From positions 1,295,823-1,359,822 of the forward strand of contig OZ240229.1 of assembly GCA_965197805.1 (NCBI GenBank): a stretch of 64,000 bases of DNA. The letters are read 5' to 3'. The translations under genes and the position numbers were made by a program. Below, piece after piece: positions 57,470 to 64,000 of this stretch (the stretch's first letter is position 1; every line of letters begins with the position of its first letter). The notes beneath the pieces are model-generated. The model did no database searches. It was not told the origin of the DNA and saw nothing but the letters and a program-made list of their open reading frames with translations. This DNA is from Dehalococcoidia bacterium (GTDB lineage Bacteria > Chloroflexota > Dehalococcoidia > Lucifugimonadales > JAAXIE01).

Positions 57470-58453
57470 TCAGAAGTTGGGAATCACCTCACGAGCGAGC
57501 TTTCGTACCAAGTCCTGCTTGTCGATGCCCGGCAAGCCAGCGTAGAAGAGCCAGTTGGTCACGCCCATCTCTGCCAACTCTGACAGGCGGTGGCTGATAT
57601 CGCGGGGGGTGCCCCATAAGCGGGCTGAGCGGCTGACCAGCCAGTCGTATATCCCCAGCTCCTTCGACCGTTGCACCGTCCATGTCCCCCGGTCCACATT
57701 GTGGTAGGTAGCGGAGAAGCTGTGCTCATCGTGGGTCAACTGCAACAGAGCTTCGCGGTACTCTTCTGGTATCAGCTTGCCTTCCATGCTGCCCATGGTC
57801 ATCCAGTTGGTGTTGACACCTAGGTTGGTGCGCATGCCCTCCTCGACGCTGGAGGAGAAACTGAGGGCCGTCTGCCACCATACGTCCAACTCTTCCGGGT
57901 CGCGGCCGACTTTGGCACAGCTCTCGGAGATGATGCCCCTGATGTACTGGATGTTGTCAGGGCCGTAGCCCATGGACATGATCAGTCCGTCTGCGACTTG
58001 GGATGCCATGGCTAGGACACGCGGCCCGGAGCAGGCGACATATATCGGCACCTCGGAAGTCGGGTCGTAGTCTTCCCAGTGGGGCGAGAAGGTGGCGCCA
58101 CGGTATTGCACCTCTTCACCGCTAAGCAGTCCCTTGACCGCAAGGATGTACTCCTTCAGGTGGGCGACTGTGGCTATGCCCTTCTTGCCGATGCCCCAAA
58201 GGGCGCTGTCGCCTGTGGCCAGTCCAAGGCCGATCCTGCCCGGAGCAAGCTGGTTCAAGGCGTAGATGCCACTGGCGGTTACCGATGGATGACGCGTCAC
58301 CGGATTGGTTACGGCAGAGACCACCTTTACCTTGGAGGTGTTCAAAGCGCAGTAGGTGGAGACTACGTAAAGCTCTTTAGTCAGCATGGGGGAGTCGGAG
58401 ACTCCGAGCATCTCGAGCCCGGCTTCATCGGCTGCACGGCACATCTGCAGCAT
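57470..58453 (-). CDS. LLM-class flavin-dependent oxidoreductase (ATG-defined; true start probably about 58510-58513)
   Basis: 327-aa ORF with LLM pattern 'GRIGLGLATGDS'. The first beta-strand 'VRFGVNG' lies in frame upstream of the first ATG. Confidence 0.7.
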   Translation of the reverse strand: MLQMCRAADEAGLEMLGVSDSPMLTKELYVVSTYCALNTSKVKVVSAVTNPVTRHPSVTASGIYALNQLAPGRIGLGLATGDSALWGIGKKGIATVAHLKEYILAVKGLLSGEEVQYRGATFSPHWEDYDPTSEVPIYVACSGPRVLAMASQVADGLIMSMGYGPDNIQYIRGIISESCAKVGRDPEELDVWWQTALSFSSSVEEGMRTNLGVNTNWMTMGSMEGKLIPEEYREALLQLTHDEHSFSATYHNVDRGTWTVQRSKELGIYDWLVSRSARLWGTPRDISHRLSELAEMGVTNWLFYAGLPGIDKQDLVRKLAREVIPNF

Positions 58454-58635
58454 CTCAGGGTAAGAGCCGTGTAGTACGCCGTTTACTCCGAACCTGACTT
58501 TACTACTGATAATATGGCTCCTTTTGCTTCTGCAAGCGGGTCACCGTTCCCAAGGCCCCGTTTGGTGGCAAGACGTGAGCCCCGGCTAGGCCAGGGCTCA
58601 CGTTCAATGCCCTATCGGAGACGAGTTATCGGGGG

Positions 58636-60780
58636 CTATTGTTCCTTGTGGGTCACGAACTCGTAGTTGTTCAACAGGTTGGACCCCAAGGCTTGTAGGG
58701 ACCAGGCGTTAATCTCACGTCCTATTGGGGCAACGGTGGCCTGCCTGTACAAGGGCAGCACCATCACGTTGTCGAATATCCACTCGGCCATCTCAGCCAT
58801 GACGGCCCAACGAGCGTCGTCGTCGAGAGTGGTCCCTGCTTCCTCCAACTTCGCCGTGAACCAGGGATGCTCGAAACCCAGGTTCAAGCCACTGGTGGGG
58901 TCAAAGAATAGGTTATAGGCGGGCAGCGGTGATAGACCTGGATTGTCGCCCAAGGGGTGTACTGCCTTTGCCGTGCGATTCACCAGGCTGGGCCGGTAGG
59001 CCGAGAAGGGTATTTGGAAGCCCTTGGTGCTGATTCCCACGCCTTCCCACATGGTCCCCACGGCCTCGATGACGGGTATGACGCCGGGGAAGAAGCCTTC
59101 ACTCAGGGCGAGGTCCAGTTCGATTCCTTCGGGTGCAACTTCTGCCAAAAGTTCTCTGGCACGGTCAGGATCGTAGTCCCAACTGAGTTCGTCGAGGCCA
59201 AACTGCTGCATCCTGAAGTCATGCCCCAGCCACCACTGCACAAACCAAGGCTCACCTTCGCCATATGCGAGGTTATTGAGCAGCTTCTGGCGATCGATGG
59301 CCAGAGTCATGGCCAGCCGCACCTTGCGGGCTTTTTCCCATTCCTCTGACTCCAGGTCCCGGTCGCAGGACACATAGGCGACGGTGCAGTCATAGGGGTT
59401 CTCACCCAAGGGCACCGCGACGTTCCCCTCGGCATCGGGTTGATGAGCCGCATGGTCGGTCTGGTACTGCTGCCCCAGCATGTTTAGGTATAAGGTAGCG
59501 CCGCCGGGAACCTGCATGAACTCTACCCAGTCTAGATCTTCCTGCTTGATCGTCTGCACCTGGGCTGAGGTGAACTGGCCCGTATCCAGCAGCCCAATGA
59601 GGAAGTTGGCCACTCTCGTCTCGGCTTCCTGTATCTCGTGCCAGATCATCCGCTCAAAGTTGGGGGTCTTGCGCCAGTGATCGGGGACGGCGTCGACGAC
59701 TCTCCTGTCCCCACTCCTGAATTCGACGGCCGCCCAAGGGCCTGTGCCAACCGACTCCCTGTTGGCTTGATCTTCACCCACTGCGTCGTAGTGCTCCTTG
59801 CTGTGCATGGCCATCACCGAGCCTGATCGGGGCGACCGGCTATGCCAGGTGATCTGGAAGGTAGGGCTGGGTCGAGTCAGCTGCACTGTATGGTCGTCAA
59901 TTTTGGACATCTCGCAGCCCTCGCAGGTCCAGATGCGCCTCATGTGGCCGGAGGCGGCATGGGGCGAGCCGTCGGCCACCACGTCCTCGATAGACCAGAT
60001 GAAGTCATCGGCGATGAAGTCTCCATAGTCCCTGTGCCATGGCACTCCCTGTTTCAGATTGAAGGTGTAAACTAGGCCTGAGGCGTCGGCGCTCCAGTCT
60101 TCGACCAGCCGGTTCTCCACTCGGTTGTCAGGGGTGGTGGCAAACATATGCTCGTGGGTCACCAGATTGTCGAACCGAAAAGCCGAGAGGGCCTGGTTGC
60201 GCAAGACATTGACATTGACCCCTAGGTCAACGACACCTACGTCCAATGTGCCGGCTGGCCCCATCATGGCAGGGGGGGCCGTAGGTTCCGGCATAGCGGC
60301 GGGTGTTGCCATCGCCTCGATCTCCTGAGATACGGCAGCTTGAACGAGTCTGGCTATCTCCTCTGGAGCTATGTCCGTCGATGGGAGGGAGGATATGGTC
60401 TGCTCGACCATGGCTGCCACTTCTTCTTGTGAGAGAGCAGAGCCGGCGGTGGCTGCCATTGACGCTGTCACGGCTGCCTGTATTTGCGCCGCGAGTGCAG
60501 CGGCCGTGGGGCCGCCCGGGTCTGGGGCAGGCAGCCCCTCCAGGGCCTCTTGCACTGCCATGATGATTTGTTCGTTGGTGTCGACTGGCTCCGGGGTGGG
60601 CGTAGCCTCCCCGCCGCAAGCCAAGATGATGGCTAGTAGCGAGATGATTGCTACCAATACAAGTGCTTTGCCTCTGATAAACAACAAGCTATCTCCTTCC
60701 AGTAACCTTTGGGCAGTGACTTTCTGGGCAGTGGCCTTTTGGCAGTGGGCGTTTGGCTCGCCAGCATTTGGGGCCGACAC
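58636..60780 (-). CDS. ABC transporter substrate-binding lipoprotein, family 5 (peptide/nickel type)
   Basis: 714-aa ORF with lipobox 'LAIILACGG', an Ala/Pro-rich linker and an SBP_bac_5-like body. The exact start is uncertain. Confidence 0.7.
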   Translation of the reverse strand: MSAPNAGEPNAHCQKATAQKVTAQRLLEGDSLLFIRGKALVLVAIISLLAIILACGGEATPTPEPVDTNEQIIMAVQEALEGLPAPDPGGPTAAALAAQIQAAVTASMAATAGSALSQEEVAAMVEQTISSLPSTDIAPEEIARLVQAAVSQEIEAMATPAAMPEPTAPPAMMGPAGTLDVGVVDLGVNVNVLRNQALSAFRFDNLVTHEHMFATTPDNRVENRLVEDWSADASGLVYTFNLKQGVPWHRDYGDFIADDFIWSIEDVVADGSPHAASGHMRRIWTCEGCEMSKIDDHTVQLTRPSPTFQITWHSRSPRSGSVMAMHSKEHYDAVGEDQANRESVGTGPWAAVEFRSGDRRVVDAVPDHWRKTPNFERMIWHEIQEAETRVANFLIGLLDTGQFTSAQVQTIKQEDLDWVEFMQVPGGATLYLNMLGQQYQTDHAAHQPDAEGNVAVPLGENPYDCTVAYVSCDRDLESEEWEKARKVRLAMTLAIDRQKLLNNLAYGEGEPWFVQWWLGHDFRMQQFGLDELSWDYDPDRARELLAEVAPEGIELDLALSEGFFPGVIPVIEAVGTMWEGVGISTKGFQIPFSAYRPSLVNRTAKAVHPLGDNPGLSPLPAYNLFFDPTSGLNLGFEHPWFTAKLEEAGTTLDDDARWAVMAEMAEWIFDNVMVLPLYRQATVAPIGREINAWSLQALGSNLLNNYEFVTHKEQ

Positions 60781-60885
60781 CGCTCACAGTGGCAGGCGTA
60801 TGCTACGGCCCTGATGTAGTTGGCGTCAAGGCGGCCTACTACATATTGGGGCATTGCGGCAGTGAAGTCCCATACCGTGCCGATT

Positions 60886-61656
60886 TCACGACTCGTGCTT
60901 GGTCAAAAACCCTTCCACCAGGTAGTTGAAAACGTCGGGCTTTTCCCAGTAAACGGAGTGGGCCGCGTCGGGCACCTCTGCTAGGACTGAGCCGGGCAGC
61001 AGCTTGTGGGCTCCCCGAACTGTCGTAGGCGAGGCGACCACGTCCTCTTGTCCCACAAGGAACATTACAGGGACGCCGGACTTCTGCACCGCGTCCGGAG
61101 TGGGGCCCACGTAGCCGCTGTCCCGGAGCAGGCGGCGGTTGGTCCTGTTGAAGGAGTTGAGCTGAAGAAACAGCAGCGACATGGCGGGTTCTCTGACTTG
61201 GAAGCCCTTGGAGACTGCCCGGTCGAGCTGGGAAAGTCCGTCGGAGAACTCGCGGTCGGAGCTAGTCAGGGCCTGAAGGCCCTCGTCGTCCATGCTGCCC
61301 ACGGTGTCGGCCATGACCAGGGCTGACACACGCTCAGGATATCTAGCGGCTAGTCCGAGGCAAGCGATGCCACCCATCGATTGCGCTACCAAAGCCGCGT
61401 GCTCAATGTTCAGGTGGTCCAAGAGGCCGTGCAGGTCCTCCACAAACTCGGCGCGGTCGGGCCCTTCGGGAATCTCCTTGGACCGTCCGAACCCGCGATG
61501 GTCAAAAGTGATGACCTGACGGCTGCGGGCGAAGTAGGCAACCTGCTGAAAGAACACCGAATGATTGCCGCCCACTCCGTGGGCGAACACTATGACCGGG
61601 CCTTCACCGTGGGTCTCGTAGTATATTTCTGTTCCGTTGACTTTGGCGTCGGGCAT
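60886..61656 (-). CDS. Alpha/beta hydrolase
   Basis: 'VFAHGVGGN' and 'AQSMGG' nucleophile elbow. 256 aa. Confidence 0.8.
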   Translation of the reverse strand: MPDAKVNGTEIYYETHGEGPVIVFAHGVGGNHSVFFQQVAYFARSRQVITFDHRGFGRSKEIPEGPDRAEFVEDLHGLLDHLNIEHAALVAQSMGGIACLGLAARYPERVSALVMADTVGSMDDEGLQALTSSDREFSDGLSQLDRAVSKGFQVREPAMSLLFLQLNSFNRTNRRLLRDSGYVGPTPDAVQKSGVPVMFLVGQEDVVASPTTVRGAHKLLPGSVLAEVPDAAHSVYWEKPDVFNYLVEGFLTKHES

Positions 61657-61685
61657 ACTGGACTACCTCTTTCTGCGCCCCGACT

Positions 61686-62951
61686 CTAGGGGGCGGTCTC
61701 CAAAGATGGGTTGGCCACGTACATCTCGACCGCGTGTCGGCCGGTCTTCAGCAGCAGCTCGCGGTCTTCTTCGGGAGTGGGCGCGGGCGGGACATGCCAT
61801 ACCGAGTTGTTGGCGTAGGTTGTGACCTCGCCCGGAGTCCGCAGGATGCCCTTGGGGTCTCTCCCCTCGCGCACCGCCCGGATGCCGTCGCGCACCTCGC
61901 CTCGCAGCATGATGATTCCCCTGTCGGTGGCACCCAGACGCTCCATGGCGTGTACCGCGATGGGCCTCTGGGTGACCTGAGCGTCCCAGTCGCCAGGGGA
62001 GCGCTGGCGCTCCTCGTAGGGCCTCTCTCCATCCTGACCGAAGGATGGCCCTGGGGGAGGGGCGTCCTGACGCTGGCGACGCAGAACCATGGTAAAGCAG
62101 TTGGTGTCGTCTATGGGCACCAGCCAGAAGGTGTTGGTGGCGCGATAGAAGCTGTGCTCCTCGGCCGCGTCTTCGGCGTTTGTCGCTATCTGGTGCAGGG
62201 TTGGGGATATGTAGTCGGTCATCCGCACGAAGACCTTGTCTTCCACGCGGCGGCAATGGATATAGATCATCCCAATGGGCGTCTCCATCCAGTCCAACGT
62301 TCCCAATTCTTTGTGGATATCGCTGAAGCCATGGCCCATCTCGATAGTATGCAGGAAGGCAGTGTGGGAGGGGTCCATGCAATTGTCCTTGACCTGGAGC
62401 CAATTGCATGGCCAGTGATGGACCCGGACGTTGTAGTGGTCATACCCTGGCAGGTTGGACGTGTCGTATATGGGGAACTCGGGGATTTTGTCGGGTGGCC
62501 CCATGTAGGCGAAGACCAGCCCCTGATATTCTCGGACGGGGTAAGCGCCGTGGCACAGCCTATCCTTGAAGGTGCTCTCCGGGGGTTCGCCCGGCGTGTC
62601 GACAATGGCCCCGTCGACGCCAAATAGCCAGCCGTGATAACAGCAGCGGATGCCCTCCGCCTCTATCTGGCCGTACTCCAGCGAGGTGCCCCGGTGGGAG
62701 CAATGCAACTCCAGAAGGCCCACCCTGCCGGAACGGTCGCGGAACACGACAAGTTCTTCCCCCATGATGCGGAGGGCTATCGGCAACTCTTTAAGCTCTG
62801 CGGTGGAGACTACCGGGTGCCAGAACCGGCGCAGGTACTCTCCGCAAGGTGTGCCGGGCCCTACGCGGGTCAACTCCTCGTCGTCGTTAGGCACGAACCT
62901 ATGGTGGTATGCGCCGTAGCGCTGGTCTAGAAAAGGCGCTCTCTCACTCAT
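61686..62951 (-). CDS. Rieske oxygenase alpha subunit (paralogue of 56047-57396)
   Basis: 'CSHRGTSLEYG...CCYHGWLF'. The start at 62951 ('MSERAPFLDQRYGAYHH') aligns with the paralogue. Alternative starts are at 62981 and 63029. Confidence 0.75.
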   Translation of the reverse strand: MSERAPFLDQRYGAYHHRFVPNDDEELTRVGPGTPCGEYLRRFWHPVVSTAELKELPIALRIMGEELVVFRDRSGRVGLLELHCSHRGTSLEYGQIEAEGIRCCYHGWLFGVDGAIVDTPGEPPESTFKDRLCHGAYPVREYQGLVFAYMGPPDKIPEFPIYDTSNLPGYDHYNVRVHHWPCNWLQVKDNCMDPSHTAFLHTIEMGHGFSDIHKELGTLDWMETPIGMIYIHCRRVEDKVFVRMTDYISPTLHQIATNAEDAAEEHSFYRATNTFWLVPIDDTNCFTMVLRRQRQDAPPPGPSFGQDGERPYEERQRSPGDWDAQVTQRPIAVHAMERLGATDRGIIMLRGEVRDGIRAVREGRDPKGILRTPGEVTTYANNSVWHVPPAPTPEEDRELLLKTGRHAVEMYVANPSLETAP

Positions 62952-63037
62952 TGGTTTCTCACCCGTTGATCGTGTACTCATGTGGCAGCCCCTCTTTGAG
63001 AGAATCGGGAACCGGGACCTACTATGCACCGTTTAGA

Positions 63038-64000
63038 CTAATAGGCTCCAGGTACAATCACGTCGCCGCCCAAACCAGCCTGCATTCCGGTAGGGGTGTA
63101 CTCGGCTTTGATTTGCTCGGAGTTGGGCTGCCACGCAATGCAGTTCAGTTCGCCGAAGGTCTGCTCGATAAGACGCCACGTATCGCCCACATCGTCGCTG
63201 GCCCATACCTCACCGTTGACGGCGCAGGCGACTACGCGCTCGGGCTCGGCTGCATTGGTGTGGATGCCAAACACCGTGGAGTTGGTGTACTTGGAGAGGC
63301 CTGCAGGTTCCCAGCTCTGGCCGAAGTCCATGCTGCGGAAGATGTTGCCGGAGTCTCCCACATTGAAGCTGCCGGTGCCCATGAACATCACACTGTGGTC
63401 GTCGGGCTTATGGGCCAGCCACCGTTGGTAGTGACCTTTGTTGTCTGCGTTGGCGAAACGCTTGGTGCCCATGGGCTCCCAGCTTTCACCCATGTCGGTG
63501 GTGACGTAGAGCTCACGGGGGGTCAGGGCAAAGATGCGCTTGGGGTTGCCTTCCCCGATGACCATGCTGTGGATGTCCTCATCGGGCACTTGGACGCGGG
63601 TCCATGTGTCCCCTTGGTCCGTACTCCGAAGTATCCCGTCCACCTCGATGCCAGCCCAGATGATCCGGATGTCGTCAGGGTCGATCACCATCTGGGTGAC
63701 CCGTGGGTCTCCGACCTCGCACTCAGTGGCGAGATGAGGGAGAGACAACTTCTCCCATGTATAGCCGCCGTCGCGGGAGCGATGGAGACCTGTGGGGCTG
63801 ACACCGGCGAACATGGTGTTGGGGTCGTCCCGGCATATGGCGATGGACCACACGTTGGAGAGGGCCCCAGGTGTGCTGAGCATCTCCCAGTTGCGGCCGT
63901 TGTCTACGCTACGGTGGACTCCCCGGTCGCCTCCTGCGTACACAGTGTGGGTCTGCGATGGGTGGAGGGTCAGGGCCCTCACTATGGGGCTCTCAGGCGG
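63038..64000 (-). CDS. BNR/Asp-box repeat beta-propeller protein, 5' end beyond the window
   Basis: Repeated SxDxGxTW boxes ('SRDGGYTWEKL', 'STDQGDTWTRV', 'TTDMGESWEPM', 'SMDFGQSWEPA', 'SDDVGDTWRLI'). The frame stays open to the window edge. Confidence 0.75.
   Translation of the reverse strand, partial: PPESPIVRALTLHPSQTHTVYAGGDRGVHRSVDNGRNWEMLSTPGALSNVWSIAICRDDPNTMFAGVSPTGLHRSRDGGYTWEKLSLPHLATECEVGDPRVTQMVIDPDDIRIIWAGIEVDGILRSTDQGDTWTRVQVPDEDIHSMVIGEGNPKRIFALTPRELYVTTDMGESWEPMGTKRFANADNKGHYQRWLAHKPDDHSVMFMGTGSFNVGDSGNIFRSMDFGQSWEPAGLSKYTNSTVFGIHTNAAEPERVVACAVNGEVWASDDVGDTWRLIEQTFGELNCIAWQPNSEQIKAEYTPTGMQAGLGGDVIVPGAY

Overview
High-GC bacterial chromosomal window with one tRNA-Val, no rRNA and no CRISPR array. 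All family calls come from reading motifs by eye; no database search was run. About 0-26.3 kb is a defence and mobile-DNA island. The remaining 26.4-64 kb is ordinary transport and catabolic DNA. Island content, left to right: (1) A McrBC-type type IV restriction pair (37-2662). (2) A candidate 16.4-kb transposon (3887-20298). It is bounded by imperfect terminal inverted repeats on a GCTTTGTTCCAA core, with arrays of that motif at both ends and a perfect 9-bp direct repeat GGGGAAGGT outside. Its cargo has three parts. First, a 1049-aa gamma-class N6-adenine MTase translationally coupled to a small PD-(D/E)xK nuclease. Second, an IS remnant. Third, a three-gene operon: a Zn-ribbon protein, a 1329-aa PglX/type IIG-like MTase, and a PLD-nuclease::SNF2-helicase fusion. 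This operon resembles a stripped-down DISARM or a split type ISP enzyme, and it is my best candidate for an undescribed defence system. Two tandem, diverged SWIM-zinc-finger DDE transposase paralogues sit at the right end. (3) A Phd/YefM-type antitoxin with a PIN (VapC) toxin. (4) An AT-richer AIPR + beta-class (SPPY) MTase pair. The rest of the window encodes a MacB-like ABC exporter, an MFS gene with an in-frame TGA, five Rieske oxygenase alpha-subunit genes and four luciferase-like (LLM) oxidoreductases. Two of the Rieske genes lie in a 1.76-kb tandem duplication whose upstream non-coding block is better conserved than the genes and may encode a small RNA. Also present are a PhtD-like decarboxylase, NIPSNAP, RidA, esterases, an ABC-F ATPase, an LprG-like lipoprotein + MFS pair, a PLP decarboxylase + ACT protein, and a BNR-repeat protein truncated by the window edge. 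The gene content is reminiscent of Chloroflexota with catabolic paralogue expansions (SAR202-like), but that is only an inference.
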